A stretch of DNA of 64,000 nt from Anthoceros angustus. Its lineage: Eukaryota; Plantae; Anthocerotophyta. Every line of letters begins with the position of its first letter. Within the stretch, counting starts at the first letter, position 1. The stretch covers positions 620,001 to 684,000 of the forward strand of contig MU008184.1 of NCBI GenBank assembly GCA_010909165.1, read 5' to 3'. The notes below the pieces were generated by a model that made no database searches, was not told the origin of the DNA, and was given only the letters and a program-made list of their open reading frames with translations. Below, in pieces: positions 1-12,089 of this stretch. Made by a program: the position numbers and the translations under genes.

Positions 1-2454
1 ACACCTATTCAAGTTCCGGGGAGTAGGTGGCAAATACCGCGGTATTCCTACATTCGGTGCGTGTGTTCTCCTAGCCGCAAAGGAAGACCATCGGTTTCAT
101 CCCATGGAACAAAGCACGCTTAAGCACCATTTCTACGCGTTTGTGACACCTTGCTATTCAAGTCAAACAAGAAATGTGAACCACATAGGATCCACCATTG
201 TGACATTTGGTCTTCTGCAAAGGCATGGAGTGGGTATCAAAGAAATGACCTTCTAGTAGGGATTGTGCCGGGCTTGAGTTAGGAGCGCCAAGCGATGGTG
301 CACCGCGGAGTTCCTTCCTGCCGTCCCTTCCAAGACCTTCTTCTTCTCTGCATAAATGAGAAGGGACCTTGTTGCACCCACGGACTCCATGAACAAGCAC
401 CTCCTGCAACGGAGCGTTAGAACAAACAGGACGTGCAATGACTTTCCACATTCGTAGCGTAAATGATCACCAGGTCGACTTCAGAGAATACCTCATCCTC
501 GTCCAAGCCATGGATAGAATGCGATCTTGGCGGCGACTTAGACGATCGGCAAAAGCGGCAACGAACATCAAGCTTGGAACATACCGGATGGGTCTTCAAC
601 CACCGAAACCTCCCTCTTATTGCCGTCCAACACCGATGCGCTATTCAATTAAGAGGGCATAAGACATGCCATACAGACCCTACCACGCGCCCGCCATTGC
701 ATCGATGGTTCGGTGGCGAGGATATCCAGTGAAAATAGATTGCATTTATTGTGATATAACAAAGGTTCGTAATGATCGAGATAGTGTCATATCCGGTATA
801 AATAAGACAGGTATTGGGGTTTAAATATTGGCGTGGTCTATATTTCACGTCACCACATTAGGGTTTCTTACGGATGTCCGCTTCTAAAAAGGGTATAACT
901 TCGAGAGGAGCCCCGTCATACCGCGCGTTTCTTGCAGGTGAAGCTCGACGGAGTGCTCACGGAGGCTGGCGCGCGGGCGTAATCCACAGCGGAAGCACAC
1001 CATCGCGGCCAGGCACCTTGGGCGCAACCTGCTCCAATTCGGCGCTAATCCCATCTGCGGCTGGAGCGATTGGCGCGGACGCAGTCCAGAGGGCTAGAGG
1101 CAGTCATCAGCGCGGACGAAATCGAAGGTATTGTGGCAATCGCCAGCTTTTTGCTCCAACTCACACTGTGTGCGTCACGATTACGAGGTGTGGATTATGG
1201 CGAGTGGACGGGCGTAGCAAGAAAGACCGGGCAAACCGACAACCCCGGATTGTGGTGAAGGCGCGAAATCGAAGGCGCCGACAGGAGATGCGTTGCCCGA
1301 ATCTCCATTGCGGTGAGCGTTTTCAGGCATGTTGGTGTCAATGAATCCATCTTTTCCGTGCTTTTTAACTCCTGCAGGTGTTCTAAGGCTGGGTCTCGAA
1401 TTCAGCAAAAGACAGCAGCACCAAAGCGCATGGAGGAACAGAGGAGAAGAGTGGAATGTCTCGAGCAAAAGAAGAGCACCCGAGCCCAATCCATCGCCAT
1501 ACACGTATGAGGAGACAAGCATCAAGGAGACACACAAGCCAGTTGAGGAAAGCTGCATTGGACAAAGAATGGTTTCTAACCTGCAAGTGAGCCACGGAAG
1601 ATGGGGCAATATGGACACCCTTGTTGAAGTTGTGGGTTACAGGCTACCTGGGGCTCGCCTAATCTCAAGAGCCGGATGGGTATTGTGGGCAAGTTTGAGA
1701 TGGACACATTGCATCCGGAGGTGCAAGTGCTCGCACATCAAGACCCTATGGCGTTGATAATTTGCCGCACACCCCGATGATTACAAGGTGTTCCTCTTCG
1801 TGATAGATGGCTTTCAAGAAATGTGAACCAAAGGAGCTGGCAATGCAATTTCGAAAGCCTACGCGAAACCGGTCTGGCCACTTAGGCCTTCAAATTCACT
1901 TGCACCTTTCCTCCCCATCCCGATATCGACATTTCAACACTATGGTTTTGCGGTGAAGACTGTTTCTACGATGCCTGTGGGGTCATCACAGTCCGTGATT
2001 AATCATGGAGGGAGATGTCTTCCGAAGAACAAGATGCACCGCCGAGTTCGCAATGAGGACCGATCCTCCTCATGTTGATTGAGCGAGCCGGGCCCTTCCG
2101 ACGAGGAAGATGGCCCTATACCGTATGTACTGGACAATGGATGCGGACGGGTCCAAGGGAAGATGCAAGGAGGCGGATATCATCATGGACTTTGCGCCGA
2201 ACCTCCGGCAGCCTGCAAGCACGCGCCGGGATGACGACGAGGAGGGAGGGCGCCGGCATGCCGCGCCCTCCATGCCATGCAGGAATTGGGCACCCCCCAA
2301 GTGTCTTGGTTTTTGCCCGCTGCTGGACAAGTGGTCGAAGAAGGGCGCCGGCATGCCGGCGCCCTTGATGTGCCTTCCATGGGAAAGCGGCACCCAGCGA
2401 CATATGGAGACGCGGTGCTGGAATCCGGGAGCCAACCAAGGGCTGTAGCTGGGA

Positions 2455-3864
2455 GTGGGAACAGATGCGGCCGGGAGGAAGGGGCAAGGTGGGCATGCAC
2501 CGGCGTCGAAAGCGAAAGCAGGTGCGGACAGCCAGGATGGGCGCCGGCATGCCGGCGCCCATCCAGATGTTGTTACAGGTGGTGCCCGAGTATCCTCGGA
2601 TGTTACACGGAAGCGGAAAGCACCTACCGCAGATGTGATCAGAGCAGAAGGGGGGGAACCAGCGCATACCATGGGGAGGAAGAAAGGCACAATGATGGGC
2701 AAGCCATCTGCCATCCAAGATATTCCTACACTTCATGTGTCGACTGATGAAGAAAGGTTGGAGGCGTCAGCGTTGGATGAGGATTATTTGAAGACTGTTA
2801 GAGAAGCCGCATATGGGAAGAAAGTGGTTCCGGAAACCGTTCTGGTTAAGCTGGAATACTTGAGACCTGCTTCTTTCCTGACTCCAGATGCCCAGATCCG
2901 AAAAGTGGACGAGGCTTGGACGAACTACCTAGCCAGGGTGATTTCAAAGGGGAGAATCGAGGAAGGAGTCTTGCCTCTGCTTTGCATGATTGATCCGGCA
3001 GAATGCAATGATATCAAGTCGCTGGATTGGCAGAAGTTCAGGGCTAAAAAATATGTGATGGGAGTGCTTGGAGGAAACCATACATATGCAGCTATGCAGC
3101 ACCTTGTGGACATATCACCTGGGAAGGCAAGCCTCCAGTGGATTGAGGCTCATGTGTATTGTGGTCTGACTATTCCGGAAATGAGAGTCTTAGCCACTGA
3201 CCACAACACCATGTCCGACAAGAGGCGGAAGATGAATTTTATTGAGCAGGTGAGGTATTTGAGAGACGAGCTGCAAATCGCGAAGAGGGATGGTGTCAAC
3301 ATGACCATGAACTGGAAATTCAACTTGTACAAGGTGCTTGGACTGATCGACGACGACGAAGGCCGCGAGGACGAGCAGTATAAACAGAACAAGGTAGACA
3401 ACAGGACCCACATTCTATGCATCTCGAAGTTGGAAGGCAAAGTGTGGGCGAATGTGGACAAGATATTCAGCAAGTGGGAGTCCATGGAGTTGCTAAAGTA
3501 AACATGTTGCAGCAGTACAAGCAAGAAGAGCAAGGGCAAACGAAAGTCACCGATGACCAAGGTGGGATGGCGCCTTCTTGAAGCCTAAAGAGATGCAAGG
3601 CAAGCCTTGGAGGAGTTTTCAAGGCATCCCACCTGGGGAAAGTGGGCAACAAATGTTGATAAGTGCTACAGAGAAGGTTTTGACGGGGCTTCTAGACCTC
3701 AATGGGATGGCGAAGGAAATCACCCCGAGGAAGAAGTTTCATGTTATTCATGTGGCGATGGCCAAGCACTTGGGGTGTGACTCATTCGACCAAGTCAGGC
3801 AAGAAATCCCCAACGCTGTACGGATGAGGTCATCGCAAGATTTCAAACGCGCTTTGAGGGAAAG
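2455..3864 (+). CDS. ParB/Sulfiredoxin-like domain protein, 5' part of a longer frameshifted gene
   Basis: 348-aa ORF with QIRKVDE...PLLCMI...YVMGVLGGNHTYAAMQHL...AHVYCGL...LATDHN, matching the ParB/Srx GxH[R/T]xxA core. Coding-like sequence continues in shifted frames (3578-3868) to a candidate donor AG|GTAGGT at 3865. Confidence 0.6.
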
Positions 3865-4384
3865 GTAGGTGTCCTTTATCCTCCATTCTTAGCAGAGGGC
3901 GCCGCACTCCTCTTTGCTTTGAGATCGACGGGCGCATGCCGCCGCCGCCCGCCATTCGAACGGAGCACGGGCCGGACCGGGCGCCGCATGCCGCCGTGCC
4001 CTTCGCACTGCTGCCGAATGGGAGGGCGCCGCATGCCGGCGCCCGGTCAGCAGCCTCCAAGTCCGTGATAGACTTGAGGACTTAATGGGCGCCGCATGCC
4101 GCGCCACCGCCTCCCATTCGAGAAGGTCTCAGAATGGCGGCGGGCGCCGGCATGCCGCGCCCCTACATTGCCCTTCCAAGATATGCCTTTGTCTGTGAAT
4201 GTCCTTCCATTGAATGTCCGTCTGCTATATTGACATAATCTTTGTCGCTTATGCAAGTAAAGGATGTGGATGACTGAAGAAACTACGCTTTTCAAGCTTT
4301 TGTGCTTGAAGTGCACACTTGGAAAGGCTTGGAGGAGGAGCAGAGGGCTATGGCGGACATGGACATGGAAGAAGGCCCGCAATC

Positions 4385-5070
4385 TTTCAGCCCGAACAGA
4401 ATATTGTGAAGTACCGTGTTATGGCAAGGGATATCGTTGACATGAGGGGCTTCTGGATTCGAAATACACATTGATGGTCATGGATGTGCCCCGAGGATTT
4501 AACAAGGGAAAACATGATGTCACTATGGGCAGAGAGTACGGTTTTCCATGCTTTCCATGATATGACAAGTTGCGATGAGATACGGATGATAGTCATGCAC
4601 GGTGTGGAGGAGCACCACAGTGAGGGAGGCAATGCGGAAGTGGTGCAATCGGGGAGGGTTGGTGTCATTTGTATGGGACAAGACTAATATGCGTAACGAC
4701 CTAGGGGCTACGACACCGTGGAATACATTACGCTTGGTGGGGCTTAACATCGCACAGTTGGCCAAAATTTCCATGCTCCCCAATAATGTCCAGTGGTTCC
4801 TTCAACAACGGACGGCATCATTGGGCATGACATCGCGTGAAGAAGCCGCTATACACATCCCTCGATAAGCTGGTGGTGTGTGCGTATCGAGGCCATTGGG
4901 CCCGATGATGAGAATCATCAAAAACTTCTCAAGGAGGGAGATTGGATTTTAGACGCGTGTGTGAAGTGGATCGACAACGATGGTCGCCTCCTATGCGGTC
5001 GGAATTGCATTGTGTGGATGTGGACAACGCGCAGAGTTCATACATCGAGGATCCATGGATATGAAGTTTT
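4385..5070 (+). pseudogene. Beta-class amino-DNA methyltransferase-like domain A, copy 1 (frameshifted)
   Basis: Conceptual translation across indels gives LMVMDVPRG (motif IV-like), then RPLGPMMRIIKNFSxEGDWILDACxGSGSTTMVAxLCGRNCIxVDVD (motifs X/I/II). Confidence 0.55.
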
Positions 5071-5884
5071 GCCGGACGCCGATGAGGAGTTGACCCACGA
5101 GCCTCACCGCCGGGTCCAACTCGCCTGGCTAAAGAAGTGACATTGTCGGAAAAAGGTTTGTCACAAGCTCAAGTTGTTTCTTTGGGGTCTTCAGAGGAAA
5201 GCGCCGATCAGAGATCCTTGACGTTGGGCAGCAAACATTGGACAGGTGGCCTCCAATGCACAAGCCATCGTTGTGGAGGTGGCTCCTGGACACGTGAAAT
5301 ATCATGGAGGAGAACGACAACTTTGAAGACCCAGATCATGCGCTCAAGACCGTAGAAGTAGTCATGGATAGGTTCGGCAAAGGCCCACTGTGAGTCCCAG
5401 CCTTGTTTTGACGGCCGTGGCAGTAGGTACGCTTTTGCTTTCCTTGAGAGGGCGCCGCATGCCGGCGCCCCGCCATTCGAACGGAGTACGGCCGCTGACC
5501 GGGCGCCGGCGCCGGCAGTGCTCCCTTCGCACTGCCGAATGGGAGGCGCCGCATGCCGGCGCCGGCAGCCGTCCTCTCCAAGTCCGTGATAGACTTGAGG
5601 ACTTAATGGGCGCCGCATGCCGGCGCCCCGCCAACGCCTCCCATTCGAGAAGGTCTCAGACGATGCGCGCCCCTACCATTGCCTTCCAAGATATGCCTTT
5701 GTCCCGTGAATGTCCTTCCATTGAATGTCCGTTATATTGACATAATCTTTGTCGCTGCAAGTAAAGGATGTGGATGACCAAGAAACTACTGACGCTTTTC
5801 AAGCTTTTGAAGTGCACACTTGGAAAGGCTTGGAGGAGGAGCAGAGGGCTATGGCGGACATGGACATGGAAGAAGGCCCGCAAT

Positions 5885-6565
5885 CTTTCAGCCCGAACAG
5901 AATATTGTGAAGTACCGTGTTATGGCAAGGGATATCGTTGACATGAGGGGCTTCATGGATTCGAAATACACATTGATGGTCATGGATGTGCCCCGAGGAT
6001 TTAACAAGGGAAAACATGATGTCACTATTTGCAGAATGAGTACGGTTTTCCATGCTTTCCATGATATGACAAGTTGCGATGAGATACGGATGATAGTCAT
6101 GCACGGTGTGGAGGAGCACCACAGTGAGGGAGGCAATGCGGAAGTGGTGCAATCGGGGAGGGTTGGTGTCATTTGTATGGGACAAGACTAATATGCGTAA
6201 CGACCTAGGGGCTACGACACCGTGGAATACATTACGCTTGGTGGGGCTTAACATCGCACAGTTGGCCAAAATTTCCATGCTCCCCAATAATGTCCAGTGG
6301 TTCCTTCAACAACGGACGGCATCATTGGGCATGACATCGCGTGAAGAAGCCGCTATACACATCCCTCGATAAGCTGGTGGTGTGTGCGTATCGAGGCCAT
6401 TGGGCCCGATGATGAGAATCATCAAAAACTTCTCAAGGAGGGAGATTGGATTTTAGACGCGTGTGTGAAGTGGATCGACAACGATGGTCGCCTCCTATGC
6501 GGTCGGAATTGCATTGTGGATGTGGACAACGCGCAGAGTTCATACATCGAGGATCCATGGATATG
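5885..6565 (+). pseudogene. Beta-class amino-DNA methyltransferase-like domain A, copy 2 (tandem duplicate)
   Basis: ORF 5820-6191 contains YTLMVMDVPRGFNKG; ORF 6384-6566 contains EGDWILDAC...GRNCIVDVD. Near-identical to 4385-5070. Confidence 0.55.
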
Positions 6566-7559
6566 AAGTTTTGCCGGACGCCGATGAGGAGTTGACCCAC
6601 GAGCCTCACCGCCGGGTCCAACTCGCCTGGCTAAAGAAGTGACATTGTCGGAAAAGGTTTGTCACAAGCTCAAGTTGTTTCTTTGGGGTCTTCAGAGGAA
6701 AGCGCCGATCAGAGATCCTTGACGTTGGGCAGCAAACATTGGACAGGTGGCCTCCAATGCATACAAGCCATCGTTGTGGAGGTGGCTCCTGGACACGTGA
6801 AATATCATGGAGGAGAACGACAACTTTGAAGACCCAGATCATGCGCTCAAGACCGTAGAAGTAGTCATGGATAGCGGTTCGGCAAAGGCCCACTGTGAGT
6901 CCCAGCCTTGTTTTGACGGCCGTGTAGTAGGTACGCTTTTGCTTCATGGGTTGAAAGTTTTATGTGTAACGATTTGCGACGGGTGCGCATGCCGGCGCCT
7001 TCACCTTCAAAAGCCTTTAACGGCTTACGTCCAAAACGCCTATTTCAAGGCAACCACCATAACTAGAGGCGATTTAACTAATGCAAAGGAAATTGCATTG
7101 AGATGACATAACACCCATCCCTTAGAATCAAATCATGCTTAATCATGCATTATAGGCACTGTCAAGATTTGAACATGAGGGTTTCTGATTTGCGGAAGAG
7201 GGTTTGTATATTCAGCCGCTTCAAATATTATGGTGTTTCAGTCTTCGATGAAAACTTAGCTATACCCAAAGCAGAGTTTCTCTCTTGTGCTGCTTCTTGT
7301 CCTTATAAGTCATGGAAAGTGGAGGCCTTCAAACCGTACATTCGATTAGTACAACGTCCGCTTGCATTTGACCGGTGGGATGTGGCTTTCATGTTCATAC
7401 AACACTTGCCTTGAGTGGGTGCCCCACCGAGAACTTCAAGGAGCACATATTCAAGGCCAGAGCTTGGAAGCAGATGGAGGAGTCGCAACGTGCCTTGAAA
7501 TCGACCACATCTGAGGATAAGCTGATGACAATCGTGAACGACTCCAAGCCGTAAAACCC

Positions 7560-8300
7560 AAAGAAGGTCGGGATACTGTGGCAACATAGTGAACATGGCC
7601 CGGTTTGTAGAGCCCCGACCGTATGCTTTGTTGTTAGACCTCCTGCAGGCTTGGATCTAGATCCCCAATCACGAGAGTATGACACAAGATTTACCAAGGC
7701 AGAGTTTGAAGGGTCATCATGCGCTCAAAGGCATCACCACACCCTGTATTTCGATTGTGGTCTTCCATTCTCCGGATGACACATCTATGGTGAGAGAAGT
7801 GCTGATGGAAGCGCAGGTGCCGTGATGACATGTTACCGCATAAAACCAATGTGACAAGATTGTCGAGGACAGTCAGACGGGACTTTTCACTTGCGCAGGA
7901 GCTTGGATAAGGATTGTGTGCCTCAACCGTTTGTGCTCAGAGAACCGACGCAACTTGGCGGTGGAGTGACAACTGTGTTTGCCGAACGAGCAGTGGAACT
8001 AAAATTGTGTTACAACACTGCGGATGATCGGGTTGTTTCCCCCTATCAGAAGCCCCTAAGACTCTTGAAGAGGTTGATTCAGCTGTATACAGTAGAGGGA
8101 GATTGGGTGCTGGACGGGTGCGCAGGATCGGGGTCGGGTATGATAGCAGCTGTTCAGTTATGCCGTAATGTCATTTCTGTTGATGTGGATCCCAGGTGCG
8201 CTCAATTCATGGATCTTCGAATCAATTCCATGGACAGCTGGCCGACGGAAGAGGAGGAGGTGGGCGAGGAGCCTCGCTATGGAGGCGGAAAGACGCTCAA
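7560..8300 (+). CDS. Beta-class N4-cytosine/N6-adenine DNA methyltransferase domain B (N6_N4_Mtase-like), 5' part frameshifted
   Basis: ORF 7891-8448 reads SPYQKPLRLLKRLIQLYTVEGDWVLDGCAGSGSGMIAAVQLCRNVISVDVD, the xPxQKP...GDxVLDxxxGSG motif X-I-II. Upstream YALLLDL(P)AG at ~7622-7650 occupies the motif IV position. Confidence 0.75.
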
Positions 8301-9558
8301 TAAGGAGCCCATGGTGAACAACATGGTGCCCGGGTTCATATGTGTCGTTGAAGGTAGACCAACGAGGAAGCCCGAGACCAAGGGTCATATGGCATGTGGT
8401 GAAGCATGCAGCGACAACTCAATGGTCCTTGGGGATGCGAGCAAGTGAAGGAGGCGTAAGAGCCCTCCTCCGTGTGCTTGATGTGATGGTGGGGGATGTA
8501 GGATTGGAAAACTTTGCTCCACGATCGAGGTGTGTCGTAAGTGACAGGGATAGGCTACATGTTTGTTTCGAGGATTCTGGTAGGAGGAACCGGTGTTGGT
8601 CTTAAGCACCGGACAGCCGGTGGTATCAGGCACTTTGGTCGATCGTATGCAAAGGTGCTATGAACACAACAAACACATCAAAGTGCAAGGTCCCCGGAGC
8701 ACTCTAGACAACGAACACGGTGGTGGAGCACGAAAGCCGGAAGCATGGGAGTGGTGACGATTCCTGTGAATGTGTTCAGCAGAAGATTGACGCCGTATTG
8801 ATGATCGAGACATACCTCAAGGTATATAAAAAGCAAGGTAAGGATTTCACAGACAATGATGATAGAGCAATCATTTCATGATGTGGATCCTAGGTGCGCT
8901 CAATTCATGGATCTTCGGATCAATTCCATGGACAAATGGCCGACTAAGAGGAGGAGGTGGGCGAGGAGCCCGCTATGGAGGCGGAAAGACGCTCAATAAG
9001 GAGCCCATGGTGAACAACATGGTGCCCGGGTTCATATGTGTCGTTGAAGGTAGACCAACGAGGAAGCCCGAGACCAAGGGTCATATGGCATGTGGTGAAG
9101 CAACAGCGACAACTCAATGGTCCCGGGGATGCGGAGCAAGTGAAGAAGGCGTAAGAGCCCTCCTCCGTGTAAACCCGATGGTGGGGGATGTAGGCTTGGA
9201 AAACTTTGCTCCATGATCGAGGTGTGTCGCGATGTGGATAGGCTATGTTTGTTTCGAGGATTCTCGTAGGAGGAACCGGTGTTGGTCTTAAGCACCGGTG
9301 GTATCGTGCACTTTGGTCGATCGTATGCAAAGCTATGAACACAACAAACACATCAGCAAGGTCCCTGCATCAGACAACGAACACGGCCGGGTGGAGCAGG
9401 AAAGCCAGGAAGCATGGGAGTGGTGACGATTCCTGTGAATGTGTTCAGCAGAAGATTGACGCCGGGTATTGGATGATCGAGAACATGGGCGTCTGTTGCA
9501 TACACAGTCAGCAAGGTAAGGATTTCACAGAGACAATGATGATACAGCAATCATTTCA
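8180..9558 (+). repeat. ~0.7-kb tandem duplication (~8180-8879 / ~8880-9558)
   Basis: GATGTGGATCC(C/T)AGGTGCGCTCAATTCATGGATCTTCG...CAATCATTTCA occurs twice; the peptide KTLNKEPMVNNMVPGF appears in both copies. Confidence 0.9.
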
Positions 9559-9626
9559 CAGAAACACTCATGATACAGTAATGTTCGAAATACAGCGATG
9601 ATCAACTGCTTTCACAGATAGCCGCA

Positions 9627-11607
9627 CTAACACCTGCCTCGGTACACACATGTAGCAGTATGACTTTCTCCAATTTTATCCTTGTCCACCAAGTACACCT
9701 GGACAATGTCGTGCTCCTTGCCCTCCACACCATTCACACCGCCCAACCCCGAGTGGAATCCAGTGTTGATCAACACGCTGCAACAAAGGTCGCGAGTTTG
9801 CACCGCCAGCCCCGCCTCAACCAAATTCCTTAAGGACCAAGCAATGAAGCAGCCGGATCACTCCAGCGTGCTTGAAAGGAACCCGCCCATGTTGTGATTG
9901 CCACCACCGCGTCAACTTCCAATTCCATCGCCCATGTGGAATTCGCTTCAGAGTCACCGAGAGGTGGGTCTCCATCGCTGTAAATATTCGAGGCAGGCAA
10001 GCCACTTCCAAACGACCAGACGGGGTCGCGGCTGGTGGCTGCATGAGCGGTAGGCAGTCCGAAATCTTCCTCCACTCCCGCGCCGACATTGGGCAGGAGA
10101 TGCAAGGTTTATGCACAGAACGTCCGGTGCCACCACGACCCTCCCCACTAATGCAGAGCGGCGACCATGACGGTGGACACCTACGCAACACATGTGGACT
10201 TTCCATTGCGCGTTTGCTTTTTGGTTGTCCATACAAAATTGCCCTGATTTTCAACATCGCTTATAGGCAATGTACCACCGTTAGCCAAACTAATATGAGA
10301 TGCGATACAAATACGGGAAAACAGATCCTCTATGATTTGCTCCTAGCTTCGTGGAGTTGTTTTTTAATGAAATGAAAACATGGTTTTGGGTGGCTTTTGT
10401 GAACCTTTAGACCCGGTGTCCACCCTTCCAACTAGTGACCAGGAGCCGTCACCAGTCCTAAGGAGACCTTGTTCTTCTTTCATGATGGCGGTGAGCACGG
10501 GTGTTGTTCGCTCAATTGGCCTTGATATGGTGCCGGCTTCAGTGAAGACTCCTCTCACAGCTACTTTCTCTTCTTCTGTTGGGCAGGCATGGGACCTCCC
10601 CATGCATCTGGGCGATACATTGATATCGTTGATGAGGCATGGCCGCGGCCACGACCTCCACCTCTTCCATGACCTCCACCTCTTCCACGATTACTTGACG
10701 ACAGGTTCCTTGCGCAGTGCCACTTAACATGTCCGGTTTCTCCACAGTTGATGCAGGGGGTTGCATGCAATACCCAGTTGTGCATTCTATCGCACCACAT
10801 TTCTTGCATGGCTCGCAAACTTTCGGCAGGATGGGTTCATGGATCTTCTCAAGAGTATTTCATGACCAAAGCTCGAGCCTGGCCACCTTCCTTAGCAAGG
10901 TCGCGAGTTTGCACCGCCAGCCCCGCCTTCTTCTTCTCTGTGGATAGGCAGCATCACAGGCTTTTCAAACCGGGGTTCTTGTACGGGGCTTTCAAATCCA
11001 GTTGAATCTCGATCCCGAGAACAACTCCTTTCTTTTCCCACGGTCATGATGTCGCGGCTTGGCAGGTCGGGTACGTGTGGACACCTTGCTCTTTAATATC
11101 GCCTGTTCAATTGCTTCATTCAGGCTCTTCTCTTCATCTTCCATTCGCCTTGTATAGAATTCGTTCCGTCGGCCATGGATGAATTTCTTTTTGACCTTCT
11201 TGAGCTTTCTTTCCATGGTGTACTCGAGTTTCTTCACCAGCATTCGAGTTTTGTCCCTGTTGTCGGCAATGCTCTCGCGGCTCTCTTGTTACAGGTAGTC
11301 GAGTTGGTCCTTCTAGTCTTTGTGGAAGGATTCGCTCTTGAATTTTGCGAGAAAGCCAGAACACAAGGCATTCCAGTCAAGGTGAAGAGAATCTTTCAAA
11401 GTCTCAAACCATACCTCAGACTCTCCCTGCAGCGAGGCAGGAAAGTACTTCAGGTACTTCTTCTATGTACCCATCATGTAGGCTTTTAGCGTCTTTCGAA
11501 ACAAATAGAAGTGCTTATCCGGGTTCTCATTTGGGGAGCCGTAGTTGAGGCAAGACGTTGGGATTGAGGTTCCTCTTCAATGACAGGTCAAAGCTCGAGT
11601 ACCCCAT
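9627..11607 (-). pseudogene. Ty3/Gypsy-type Gag-like gene with multiple CCHC zinc knuckles; stops and frameshifts; no pol
   Basis: From ATG 11607: MGYSSFDLS...GSPNENPDKHFYLFRK...FPASLQGESEVWFETL...WNALCSGFLAKF...L*QESRESI (Retrotrans_gag pattern). CINCGETGHVKWHC near 10.72-10.76 kb, plus further degenerate CxxC knuckles down to ~9.7 kb. Confidence 0.7.
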
Positions 11608-12089
11608 GTTGCTGGCTTTTCTATTCTACTTGTCAATCACACTAATCACTACTTCCTCTGAGCAGCCGTTGCGACTTCAATCTCCTTCAGAATCACAAAC
11701 ACATGCTTGCTAAACAACAAGGCATTCGCAAATCCAAATGGGAATAAGGTATCAGCAGGTAACTTATAGGTTACTAGGAAAAATAGCTTTTTACAATGCA
11801 CTTTACAACGAACTTTATAATAGCATTACAATGACCATTGTAGAATGAGTATTGTATACACCCCTTAGTAATTTGCCTTGTAATTTTTTGAAAGTGTATA
11901 TACTAGATGTATACATTCCTACATATGGTATACAAGTATTTTATACCATCATATTGTACAGGCTAACCATAGTCATTATACTCAGGTTAAGTAACCGCAG
12001 TATATTAAGTCTGGTATTATAACTGGGTTCTATTCACCACAATTAAATACTTTAGTTAAGTATTTAGGGTTTATTAACCAGTGTAAATT

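Larger units (their letters stand above)
3912..6945 (+). repeat. ~1.5-kb tandem duplication (~3912-5432 / ~5433-6945)
   Basis: Identical ORF translations at 4602-4868 and 6106-6372; the copies differ mainly by 1-3 nt indels. Confidence 0.9.
2245..7001. repeat. Dispersed GC-rich palindrome GGGCGCCGGCATGCCGGCGCCC, ~14 exact or degenerate copies
   Basis: Perfect copies at 2341-2366 (26 bp) and 2535-2564 (30 bp). Variant copies near 2248, 3897, 3930, 3979, 4024, 4087, 4142, 5449, 5501, 5545, 5608 and 6981. Confidence 0.9.

Noticed and set aside
2455-8450. Bacterial or plasmid contamination as the source of ParB and the MTases
   Set aside because: Candidate spliceosomal donors, an adjacent eukaryotic Gag and contiguity with plant genes argue against it. 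It is not excluded without read mapping.
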